IMG/VR virus record: IMGVR_UViG_3300028920_000026
Coordinates: 128,001 to 190,723 of that record
Strand: one strand, 5' to 3'
Length of the DNA: 62,723 bases
Source of the DNA: a virus
This document shows, piece by piece, positions 27,103 through 35,827 of the stretch; within the stretch, counting starts at the first letter, position 1; every line of letters starts with the position of its first letter. The position numbers and the translations under genes were made by a program. Under the pieces are notes generated by a model. It was not told the origin of the DNA and did no database searches. It was given only the letters and a program-made list of their open reading frames with translations.

Positions 27103-27340
27103 GGTTCCACATCCTCGTGTGTTTGTCTATCTGAATGGCAACCTGTTGTTCGAGCAGACGAAGGAATGTTCAGGCGACTATACACTCAATTCTGCGGCAG
27201 GTCCAAACATCGTAGATTGTTTGCGATTTCAGTTTCCGTTGAAAAAGACAGACCACATCCAGGTTGTCATGGGGGACATTAGGTTTTGTGCTGAGCTTCC
27301 AAGGAACTTTCAGCCACGCGAAAGGATAGACGATGGGTAG
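27092..27340 (+). CDS. Hypothetical protein (82 aa)
   Basis: ORF overlapping its neighbours by a few nt. Confidence 0.3.
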   Translation: MWGRVPHPRVFVYLNGNLLFEQTKECSGDYTLNSAAGPNIVDCLRFQFPLKKTDHIQVVMGDIRFCAELPRNFQPRERIDDG

Positions 27341-27938
27341 GAAGGCCGTTGGCACCAAGAACAACAAACCGTCAGGTTCTGGGATGAAGCGAGCGATGGC
27401 AGCAGCGTTCAAGATCCCGATGATGAAGAACAACGACTCGCGGTTGGTCTACCTTAGCGGTGACGTCACCGAAGACTCGATCTCTGAGATCCAGGAACAG
27501 CTGCTTGACCTCGCATCCGCCAGCCGTGATCCGATCCATCTAGTTGTGTCGACATACGGTGGCGCTGTACACGAAATGTTCTCGCTGTACGACGTGATGA
27601 AGTTCATCCCGGCACCCGTTTATACGGTCGGCCTCGGCAAAGTCATGTCAGCCGGAAGCCTCATCCTTGCTGCGGGCGAGAAGGGACACAGGATGATCGG
27701 CGCTTCAACGCGTGTCATGATTCACTCGCTGTCTGCTGGTTTCTTTGGGAACCTATTTGAACTGGTGAACGAGATTGATGAAATCAAGCGTCTTCAAGAC
27801 ATGTACGTCTCAAAGATGGTAGCAGAGACGAAGATGTGCAAGAACGACGTAAATGCGATGCTGAAGACGAAAGTCGATTCGGTGTTCTCTGCACAGCAGG
27901 CCGTAGAACTCGGTATCGTTGACAAGATCATTACCTAG
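27333..27938 (+). CDS. ClpP-family serine protease (possible prohead protease)
   Basis: LVVSTYGGAVHEMFSLYDVM and GKVMSAGSLILAAGEKGHRMIGASTRVMIHSL match the ClpP active-site regions around the Ser and His. Confidence 0.65.
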   Translation: MGRKAVGTKNNKPSGSGMKRAMAAAFKIPMMKNNDSRLVYLSGDVTEDSISEIQEQLLDLASASRDPIHLVVSTYGGAVHEMFSLYDVMKFIPAPVYTVGLGKVMSAGSLILAAGEKGHRMIGASTRVMIHSLSAGFFGNLFELVNEIDEIKRLQDMYVSKMVAETKMCKNDVNAMLKTKVDSVFSAQQAVELGIVDKIIT

Positions 27939-27956
27939 CTGTGTAGATTCCTGCGT

Positions 27957-29657
27957 TTGTTGGTACATTTGGGATGTATGCCCAGACATGACTACAGGAC
28001 GCACTTTCCGTTCCCAACAATCAGGCCACAGCAGGTAGAGGCGATTGAGTTTACGCTCAATGCCTTCGAATCAGGTAAAAAGTACGTTGTTCTCGAGATG
28101 GGGACCGGATGTGGGAAGTCCGCAGTAGGTGTGTGTATTTCACGGTACCTTCAGCGTTCTCTTACGTATATGTCCGACTTTGCCATGCAGGATGTTTCGG
28201 TAAGGGGGAGCGTAGGTTCGTGGTTTCTGACAACACAGAAGATCCTGCAGGAGCAATACGTAAGGGACTTCGGCAGGAACACGAAGCAGGCTCCGGGTAT
28301 CAGGTCGATCAAGTCGTCAACGAGCTACAACTGTCAGCTTCAGGTGACCGAAGATGATGACAGTAAGATCTCGTGTGGTGAGGTCCATAGGTTGATGTCG
28401 GCGAATGCGATCTTCAAGATGCTGTACGCTCCTTGCATGGATCGTTGCTGCTACAAGGAGGACAAGAAGAGGTTTCTCGAGGCGCTAGAAAGCGTGACCA
28501 ACTACTCGTACTTCTTCACAGAATCTCAGTACGCAAAGCAGATTCAGGGTCGCGAGCTGCTCGTGCTCGATGAGGCACACACAATTGAAGGCCAGCTTGG
28601 AGGCTTTGTTGAAGTGACGATCAGCGAACGCTTTGCGAAGGACGCCTTGAACGTGAAGATGCCAAAGACGTTCAAGGACATCAAGGCTGCTGTACGTTGG
28701 GTTAAGAACAAGTACATGCCTGCTCTCCGCGACGAGGTCATTCGTATGGGCAAGATGCTCGAGGAGATGGGTGACGCTGCAAAGAAGGTTACATCGTTCA
28801 AGGATTACGCCCAGCGCCATGATATGCTCGATAAGCACATGTGTAAGGTCGGTCGTATGCTGAAGGTTTTCATAGAGGATAACTGGATCATGAACCTGAT
28901 TCCCGCTGAGGGTCGTAAGCTCCGCAAGATCCAGTTCAAACCTGTTGATGTGAGCACGTTTGCGTTAGATCACCTCTTTGCGTTTGCTGACAAGGTCCTA
29001 ATGATGTCTGCAACGATCCTTGATAAGGGTGTGTTCTGTAGGTCGCTTGGCCTTGACGAGTTAGATGTAGCATTCCTGAGGATTGGGTCTCCGTTCGATG
29101 TAAAGAACAGACCGATACACGTGATGCCTGTCGGTTCGATGGCAAAGGCGGCGATCGAGAAGACGCTTCCAAAGATGGCAGAGGCGGTTGAGTTCATCCT
29201 CGAACAACATGACGGTGAGAAGGGTATTATCCATTGTGTAAATTTTAGAGTTGCAAACTACATCGTTGAGAACGTAGCGAACAACCGTCTCGTGACGCAC
29301 ACGTCGCAGAACAGGGAACAGATCCTGCGCCTGCACGAGGAGAGTGACGTACCGTCTGTTCTCGTTTCTCCGTCGATGATGGAAGGAGTTGACCTAGCAG
29401 GCGACAAGAGCAGGTTCCAGATCATTTGCAAGGTCCCATTCCCATTTCTCGGTGACGATGTTGTCAAGAAGCGAATGGCAAAGGACAAGATCTGGTACGA
29501 CTATAGGACGGTGATGATGGTCGTTCAGGCTCTGGGTCGCTCGATCCGTCACGAGAACGATCATGCTGTATCGTATGTTCTTGATGCCGATTGGGGTAGG
29601 TTCTATCATCGATCGAGGCGAATGTTTCCCGATGAGATTCTAAAGGCAATTCAGTGA
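27957..29657 (+). CDS. XPD/Rad3/DinG-family (superfamily 2) DNA helicase with an Fe-S cysteine cluster
   Basis: Walker A is EMGTGCGKSA. The DEAH box is LVLDEAHTIEG. The four-Cys insert is C..C...C..CC, between positions 28320 and 28460. The C-terminal ALGRSIRHENDHAVSYVLDADW is the motif VI region. Confidence 0.65.
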   Translation: MLVHLGCMPRHDYRTHFPFPTIRPQQVEAIEFTLNAFESGKKYVVLEMGTGCGKSAVGVCISRYLQRSLTYMSDFAMQDVSVRGSVGSWFLTTQKILQEQYVRDFGRNTKQAPGIRSIKSSTSYNCQLQVTEDDDSKISCGEVHRLMSANAIFKMLYAPCMDRCCYKEDKKRFLEALESVTNYSYFFTESQYAKQIQGRELLVLDEAHTIEGQLGGFVEVTISERFAKDALNVKMPKTFKDIKAAVRWVKNKYMPALRDEVIRMGKMLEEMGDAAKKVTSFKDYAQRHDMLDKHMCKVGRMLKVFIEDNWIMNLIPAEGRKLRKIQFKPVDVSTFALDHLFAFADKVLMMSATILDKGVFCRSLGLDELDVAFLRIGSPFDVKNRPIHVMPVGSMAKAAIEKTLPKMAEAVEFILEQHDGEKGIIHCVNFRVANYIVENVANNRLVTHTSQNREQILRLHEESDVPSVLVSPSMMEGVDLAGDKSRFQIICKVPFPFLGDDVVKKRMAKDKIWYDYRTVMMVVQALGRSIRHENDHAVSYVLDADWGRFYHRSRRMFPDEILKAIQ

Positions 29658-29753
29658 CGTCTCTGACGTAAGTCCACGCACACCCAGGGCAACAAATATT
29701 TACTGTCGATTTTTGAGACGTATATTTATGCTCGAGTGAAAGGAGGCCATCAC

Positions 29754-29981
29754 ATGGCTGCAGAAACAACCAATCCCGTCATTGCAAAGTGGGACGAGAT
29801 TAAGGTACTCGTTGCCGACCTCGAACTCGATGTTGTCAAGAATGCTCGTGGTACTGCCGCAGCCGGCGTCCGTGCCCGAAGGGGCCTGCGTCAGCTAAAG
29901 GTGAAGGCCACCGAGTTTGTTAAGATGACTGTCGAGCGCGACAAGGCAAAGAAGGCCGACAAACCCGAAAAGTCTGAGTAG
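29754..29981 (+). CDS. Small basic Lys/Ala-rich protein (histone H1-like or other nucleic-acid-binding protein)
   Basis: The ATG at 29754 is preceded by a perfect Shine-Dalgarno, AAGGAGG, with a 7-nt spacer. The product is about 75 aa, with AAAGVRARRGLRQLKVKATEF...KAKKADKPEKSE. A strong terminator follows. Confidence 0.4.
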   Translation: MAAETTNPVIAKWDEIKVLVADLELDVVKNARGTAAAGVRARRGLRQLKVKATEFVKMTVERDKAKKADKPEKSE

Positions 29982-30013
29982 AGACGACTTCGCACATCAA
30001 AATGCGACACGAT

Positions 30014-30044
30014 GAGCCCCAGCAATGGGGCTTGTCTGTTTTTT
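30014..30044 (+). terminator. Rho-independent terminator
   Basis: The GC-rich hairpin GAGCCCCA-GCAA-TGGGGCTT is followed by TGTCTGTTTTTTGG, immediately after the small basic protein gene. Confidence 0.5.
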
Positions 30045-30080
30045 GGCTACAAGGATACTTAGAATTGAGGAAAGATAGCG

Positions 30081-30473
30081 ATGCCAGCACCCAGAGCAGT
30101 TCTTGAAGCACTCGAAAAGTTTGGACTTCGTTCCGACAAGGCATATTCACTCGTCCGTTCGGATGGCACGCTTAGGCCAGTAGGATTTAATTCCGAAGAC
30201 ATTCTAATTGTCGCTCCAGATCTAGAGGGTGAACCTGTGAATCCTGAGCCTGTGAAGCCAGCTGTAGTGCAAGAAGAGGCACAGGTTGTTGAGGTTGCAG
30301 AGGAACCTGCTCTTGAACCTGTTGTTGAGGAGCTCGTCGAGAAACCTACGCTCGTCGAGGAGCCGAAGACAGAAGCAACACCTGAACCGGTGAAGCCTGC
30401 GCCTGCTCCTGAAAAGGAAGTGCCGAAGCGAAAGCCGCGTCGCAAGAAGGCTCAGCAGGCGGATGATGCCTGA
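30081..30473 (+). CDS. Hypothetical acidic Pro/Glu/Val-rich protein (130 aa)
   Basis: The N-terminal about 50 aa are structured-looking, followed by a PEP/VKP-repeat low-complexity linker and a basic KRKPRRKK tail. Confidence 0.35.
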   Translation: MPAPRAVLEALEKFGLRSDKAYSLVRSDGTLRPVGFNSEDILIVAPDLEGEPVNPEPVKPAVVQEEAQVVEVAEEPALEPVVEELVEKPTLVEEPKTEATPEPVKPAPAPEKEVPKRKPRRKKAQQADDA

Positions 30474-30733
30474 TCGACCACAGCGTCTCTGAACCTCTGA
30501 ATGATGCTCTTCTCGACCTGACAGATCCTCATCCTAGTCAGGTCGAAGATGTTGCCAACCTTCTCAAGGGTGAGCGGGCCGCTCGCGGCAGCGATGAGAC
30601 AGCAGTTGTGTGACTCCTCGTGTGGAATCCAATCACGACAGCTGCGTCTGTTGCAGTGCACGTTGTGCCTCTTGTGTTCTGCGAAGCACGTTGTATTGAC
30701 TACAGGAAGTTTCCTTTCATTGTGGCCTGACAT
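30452..30733 (-). CDS. Stand-alone sigma-70 region 4 (4.1/4.2 HTH) domain protein with a Cys/His-rich N-terminus
   Basis: LTLEKVGNIFDLTRMRICQVEKSIIQRFRDA aligns almost residue-for-residue with the sigma-70 region 4.2 sequence [29 protein letters not shown]. The N-terminal 45 aa contain C/H residues (CFAEHKRHNVHCNRRSCRDW...HNCC). Confidence 0.45.
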   Translation of the reverse strand: MSGHNERKLPVVNTTCFAEHKRHNVHCNRRSCRDWIPHEESHNCCLIAAASGPLTLEKVGNIFDLTRMRICQVEKSIIQRFRDAVVDQASSAC

Positions 30734-30810
30734 GAGGTTTATGCCTTTCGTGTGATATAGAATCTACTTTGCGTCTACGTTTATGTACAAGGACGAAGAC
30801 AGGAAGACAA

Positions 30811-32217
30811 ATGAAGAAGACGTACGTTCTCGACACCAATGTCCTGCTCGGTGATCCGAATGCTCTCAACGCGTTCGATGACAATGATTTAATCATTCCT
30901 CTTGTCGTGCTTGAGGAACTTGACAGGCACAAGAACAGACAGGACGATGTTGGCGCATGTGCACGTCAGGTGAATAGGATGCTCGACATGATGAGAAAGT
31001 TGGGTAAACTGATCGACGGCGTTGAGACCAAGGGTGGAGGTACGGTCAAAGTTGTTAGCGCGAATGATACGTCAAAACTACCTGCGGAGCTCGACGCATC
31101 AAAAGTTGACAACAAATTGCTAGCATTCATGTTGGCGACGATCGATAAACTTCATCACGCGTCGCTTGATCGTCACAGGACGATCCTCGTTTCACGTGAC
31201 ATCAATGTACGTATCAAGTGCGATGCCTTGGGTATTTTGTGTCAGGACTACAAAAAACTTAGGGTTGCGTCATCGATTGAAGAATTTTACAAGGGCGTTG
31301 TGACGCATGATGTATCGGAAGAGTATATCGATAGATTTTATGATGATGACGGTGCCGTCCCACTTGATGAGTGGGGTGAGCTGTTTCCTAATCAGATCAT
31401 CGTGATCAAGTTTGTTGAAGGTGATCGTACGATCAAGAGTGCAATCGCTCGCGTCATAGATCACCCAGAATTCGTGAACATGCAATGGCTACAACCCATC
31501 AAGAAGACAGAGAAGTGTTTTGGTCTGTTGCCTCGCAACAAGGAACAGAACTTTTCACTTGATCTACTGTTTGATCCAGAGGTAAAGCTTGTGACGCTTG
31601 TCGGACCATCTGGAACAGGAAAAACGCTTATGGCACTTGCCGCGGGTCTCGAGCAGCATACGCATCTCGGCATAAACGAGTGCAAGCGCTATGAAAGGCT
31701 CGTTGTTACGCGTTCTGTACAACCTGTAGGTCGTGACCTTGGATACCTTCCTGGAACGATGTACGAAAAGATGGAGCCTTGGCTTGCTCCTGTACGCGAC
31801 AATCTTGATTTTCTTATGTCAAGGAACGGTAAAAAGCAACAATCACCTCAGAAGAACGGTTCAAAGGGACAAAGGCTTGATCCATATTTTTCATTAATGA
31901 TGGAGAAGGGCCTGATTGAAGTTGAGGCGGTTTCGTACATGCGAGGTCGATCGATTTCAGATTCGTACATTGTCATCGATGAAGCACAGAACTTAACCGT
32001 CCATGAATTGAAGACGATCATCACTCGTGTCGGTGAAAACACGAAGATCGTGTTGACAGGGGACGTTGAACAGATTGATAATGTGAACGTTGATGTCTTT
32101 ACAAATGGATTGACGTATGCCATCGAGAGGTTTAAGAGGTCAAAGATTGCGGGTCACGTAACCCTACTGAAAGGTGAAAGATCGGCTCTTGCGACCGAAG
32201 CGTCAAGAATTCTTTGA
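30811..32217 (+). CDS. phoH: PIN-domain + PhoH-like ATPase fusion (PhoH2-type)
   Basis: The N-terminal YVLDTNVLLGDP...IIPLVVLEELD is a PIN motif. The central LVGPSGTGKTLMALAAGLEQ is the PhoH Walker A, and IVIDEAQNLT is Walker B. The start was set to the ATG at 30811. Confidence 0.7.
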   Translation: MKKTYVLDTNVLLGDPNALNAFDDNDLIIPLVVLEELDRHKNRQDDVGACARQVNRMLDMMRKLGKLIDGVETKGGGTVKVVSANDTSKLPAELDASKVDNKLLAFMLATIDKLHHASLDRHRTILVSRDINVRIKCDALGILCQDYKKLRVASSIEEFYKGVVTHDVSEEYIDRFYDDDGAVPLDEWGELFPNQIIVIKFVEGDRTIKSAIARVIDHPEFVNMQWLQPIKKTEKCFGLLPRNKEQNFSLDLLFDPEVKLVTLVGPSGTGKTLMALAAGLEQHTHLGINECKRYERLVVTRSVQPVGRDLGYLPGTMYEKMEPWLAPVRDNLDFLMSRNGKKQQSPQKNGSKGQRLDPYFSLMMEKGLIEVEAVSYMRGRSISDSYIVIDEAQNLTVHELKTIITRVGENTKIVLTGDVEQIDNVNVDVFTNGLTYAIERFKRSKIAGHVTLLKGERSALATEASRIL

Positions 32218-32296
32218 CAGAGGACTGTTTGGATTAGTTCGCATCCTCTGAAGTCGGTACCGTCTATGTACGCTGCCGTATATTTGTGCTAGACGG

Positions 32297-33304
32297 ATGG
32301 GAATCTTAGATAACAAATCGCGTGTGTTCGATGTCTTGTTGACGCAGCAGGGACGTCAGCAGGTCGTTGATGGAAAAATGCGCATCGAGTATGTGACGTT
32401 TACAGACGACGGCACCTTCTATAAGGCGGATATCGCGAGTGGATCGGCTGACGCAACGACGAGGTTGTACCTTGAGTGTTGTAACCTTCCGCAGGACATG
32501 ATTACGTTCGAGGCGAACGATGCAGGAAGGCTAAACTCATTCAAGAACCTTGGTGGCATTGAAGTAAGAGACGGTAGGATTGTTTCATCATCAATCACAG
32601 CAGCAAGCGGTTCTATTGTTACCGGCTCCAACGAGAACCTTACTGTGTTGACAGGATCAGTGTTTGCGTCAACAGCTGGATCGTTATTAGCATCATCAAT
32701 CGATAACTTCCGTCAGCTTCGCATCCTTGGAACACAAGGCAAACTTCTCGATAGCGAAAAGTTTGAGATGTCGCATAATCAGGTGACGTTTTCGATCACA
32801 GATGATAGACCAATCCCATCAAACATGCGAGAGTATAACCACCTTTCGCGTCTTGAAGGGTTGTTTAGTGACCCACGACTTTCGCGAGCAATCAACTACA
32901 AGTACCTTCCGCCGGTCAATAAGAATGTCGATAGAACCATCGATACGACCGATCCTGTAGCAATCCCAGATGAATTGAAGATTGCACATTTCAAACCATG
33001 GGGCCTCGTCGATCCTCTTGACATAGATGATGTTGTTGTTGAACTTGCGTACTATGAGCAGACGGGTTACATGCGTGAGGTCAAGTTTGATCCAACGTCT
33101 CGTAACAATACGATTGTAGGACAGTTCTTTGAACTGACAAATAATGAACTCAAAAAGCTCGATATCATTGATTTTGGTCGGCATCCGTGGCAGGACGATG
33201 ACGATCGAGTGAAATGGTTGCACGTCTTCTTTGTTGGAAAGGTCATGACCGACGACAACGGTGATGATACATTCATTCACATTTTTACTCTTGTCTTCAA
33301 GTGA
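32297..33304 (+). CDS. Hypothetical protein (335 aa)
   Basis: ORF only. It precedes the giant-ORF trio. Confidence 0.35.
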   Translation: MGILDNKSRVFDVLLTQQGRQQVVDGKMRIEYVTFTDDGTFYKADIASGSADATTRLYLECCNLPQDMITFEANDAGRLNSFKNLGGIEVRDGRIVSSSITAASGSIVTGSNENLTVLTGSVFASTAGSLLASSIDNFRQLRILGTQGKLLDSEKFEMSHNQVTFSITDDRPIPSNMREYNHLSRLEGLFSDPRLSRAINYKYLPPVNKNVDRTIDTTDPVAIPDELKIAHFKPWGLVDPLDIDDVVVELAYYEQTGYMREVKFDPTSRNNTIVGQFFELTNNELKKLDIIDFGRHPWQDDDDRVKWLHVFFVGKVMTDDNGDDTFIHIFTLVFK

Positions 33305-33310
33305 GGCACA

Positions 33311-35827
33311 GTGTTCTATAGGGCGCCAAGAAGAAGAAACATTATCTCGATTGATGAGGATACGTTTGCCACGCTTGAACACATCTATGAGCAACCGTAC
33401 AACCCGTCGTATCCAGATACGAAGCACAAGTGGTATCGTTTCAAGTTTAGGTACAAGGTACCTGTACGCGATGTGTTCAAACACAACGTCTTTACAGTAA
33501 GGGTACGTGTCCTAACGAGGACCCTTGCGTTCAGGCAGATGGTCGCTCGTACGAGAGGACGCGTCCTAACACGCCAATTGATCAATAGGATTCGTTGGCA
33601 GATGACGTACGCAAAGAACCTACGATCTCAGCAGTCTCAATTTGTTGTAGCAGCGCGAAACAGCGACATAAGCGCACATGTGAACAATGATGCGTTGTCT
33701 GATCTTCGTCGCGGCGCACAACCAGAGGATATCAGGTCATTTCGCAGCAAGAGGCTCATAAATCGTCGTGTATCTGACATCCAAGAACGCGGTGAACGTC
33801 GTCCTGTGCTCGGTGGTTACGCCTGGCAGGACATAAATAACCGCGATCAAGTGACGTCAGATGACTTTACGAGCCAGTTCTTTTCGAAGATGCTCATGTA
33901 CGATATGATCATCAAGCGTGGTCTCGATCCTAGCTACGTTGCAAACATGAGTCACAGGACGATGTCTTCACGGCAGGCTGTTGGTGGCCTAGTAAGAAGG
34001 CAACGTTCTCGCGCGTTGACAACCGATTCTGAATACAACGCTCAGACACGTCTAATGTACGGGTATGTTTTCAACACAGACGATATGACAACTGTACGCC
34101 AGACTGATGAAGTGTCCGAACAAACAATGCAGATTCAGACGTTTGAAACAGACGTACAGACACACTACGAGATTCCAGTAAACATGACGCTGTACAGCGA
34201 AAAGATGAGGATCGGAAACGATGACAATACGACGCTTGTTGTAAAGTTTGACCTCATCAGCAACAGGACCGGCATGATAGTCGATGAACTGATTGCTCCG
34301 CTGGATGTTGAGAAACATGTTGAAAATTACAGAATTCCAAATGAACCGCCCGAGCTGCGTATCGCAAGAGCGGAAGACCTGTCAAAGTTCACACTTGAAA
34401 TAACACAACGTGATCCAAAGGCGACGCGAGTCAGAGTGTTGCAGAAAAAGATTCATAGAAATTCGCCTGTCATCAATGATTACGCAACGATCGGTGACTT
34501 TGAAATAGACAAGCGACTGAAGACAGTCAGGGTTCCTGTCATCACACCTGTAAACGATTACACGATCTACAGGGTTATTTCAATGGGAACAGCGGATCAG
34601 CTTAGCTACGAGTTTACGAACGTCGTGTTAAGACCGTCGAAAGTCTACCCAGTTAAGGCTGTATCACTTGTCACTGCGTTTGCTGAGGCTGGGATTTCGC
34701 TAGAGCTGAGGAATATTCCTACAGATGTTGTTTCGATCCAATTCCTCGTTAAGGACAAGACGATCCATGAGAGGAACTGGAGAAACGTTGGCCCTCCGTT
34801 TGTTGTTGATGATTCAATACGAAACCTTGATTTCATGACGGTGACAGATCCGACCGTGAAACATCAACATGTTTACGAGTATACTGTCAAGATGTTCTAC
34901 CTTGCAGGGTCGACAGAACTTGCGGGACATGCTCTGATCGAATTCGTCAAACCAGAATCAAATGTTGTAACAACTGAGATTTCGAACATTGAGATCGCTC
35001 AGGATGATATACCGAACGTAACGTTCCAAATGACGACAGAACTTCTTGATTCTAATCTTGACATTCTGACAGGTTTGATGAAGCTGCGTGAGATCGAAAA
35101 GTACTTCACTGATTCGATTGCAGACGAACGAGACCTGTTCAAACAGCTCGTTGCTCACAACGTCCAGCGCGTCAATATCACGACGGGTGAACGTGAGGAC
35201 TTTGGCGTGATCTCTGATACAATTTTCAATGATGATAGATCAAGGAGGTCAAACGCAGTCAAACCCTTGGACGTTAGAATGAAATACAGGTACGAGGTTT
35301 ATCCTCTATTGAGGTCGCCTGAATCACTTTTTGAGCGCCTGTCGAAGAACAAGGTTGATGAAGTAACGAAGAAGCCGTACAGGTACAATCCTGCAAAGTT
35401 TCTTCATCCTGTAACATTGAATCGTGGAATGATAGTGACGCCACTTGGCAGGAAGACGCTGTTTGCAAAGCAGGAGATGTCACACGGTATTGTTGGAAAC
35501 GTTGAAACTATTGACGTTGATTTTGAGAGGCCTCCTGCAACGATCAATAACATTGATGCTGGACGTATCGATTATGATACCGTAAGGGTCGATTGGCAGA
35601 TTGACGGTCAAATATCACAGATCGATCACTTCATTGTTATGAAGGAAACGCTTGGATCAAGGACGATTATTGGAAAGGTGCATTCGGAGTTTACGGACAA
35701 CAATGCGTACTTCCTTCACAGGATCACAGGTGATGATTCTGCGCAGTTTAGATACGTCATCGTTCCGGTGTTCAACGACTACACGATCGGCATGAAGCAG
35801 GAAAGTAACTACATCGAGGTACAATGA
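33311..35827 (+). CDS. Giant hypothetical protein 1 of 3 (838 aa), probably beta-rich/FN3-like and possibly a virion component
   Basis: Uninterrupted 2.5-kb ORF. The C-terminal region has Ig/FN3-like patterns (RVDWQIDGQISQIDHFIV...FRYVIVPVFNDYTIG). Its stop overlaps the next start (ATGA). Confidence 0.4.
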   Translation: MFYRAPRRRNIISIDEDTFATLEHIYEQPYNPSYPDTKHKWYRFKFRYKVPVRDVFKHNVFTVRVRVLTRTLAFRQMVARTRGRVLTRQLINRIRWQMTYAKNLRSQQSQFVVAARNSDISAHVNNDALSDLRRGAQPEDIRSFRSKRLINRRVSDIQERGERRPVLGGYAWQDINNRDQVTSDDFTSQFFSKMLMYDMIIKRGLDPSYVANMSHRTMSSRQAVGGLVRRQRSRALTTDSEYNAQTRLMYGYVFNTDDMTTVRQTDEVSEQTMQIQTFETDVQTHYEIPVNMTLYSEKMRIGNDDNTTLVVKFDLISNRTGMIVDELIAPLDVEKHVENYRIPNEPPELRIARAEDLSKFTLEITQRDPKATRVRVLQKKIHRNSPVINDYATIGDFEIDKRLKTVRVPVITPVNDYTIYRVISMGTADQLSYEFTNVVLRPSKVYPVKAVSLVTAFAEAGISLELRNIPTDVVSIQFLVKDKTIHERNWRNVGPPFVVDDSIRNLDFMTVTDPTVKHQHVYEYTVKMFYLAGSTELAGHALIEFVKPESNVVTTEISNIEIAQDDIPNVTFQMTTELLDSNLDILTGLMKLREIEKYFTDSIADERDLFKQLVAHNVQRVNITTGEREDFGVISDTIFNDDRSRRSNAVKPLDVRMKYRYEVYPLLRSPESLFERLSKNKVDEVTKKPYRYNPAKFLHPVTLNRGMIVTPLGRKTLFAKQEMSHGIVGNVETIDVDFERPPATINNIDAGRIDYDTVRVDWQIDGQISQIDHFIVMKETLGSRTIIGKVHSEFTDNNAYFLHRITGDDSAQFRYVIVPVFNDYTIGMKQESNYIEVQ

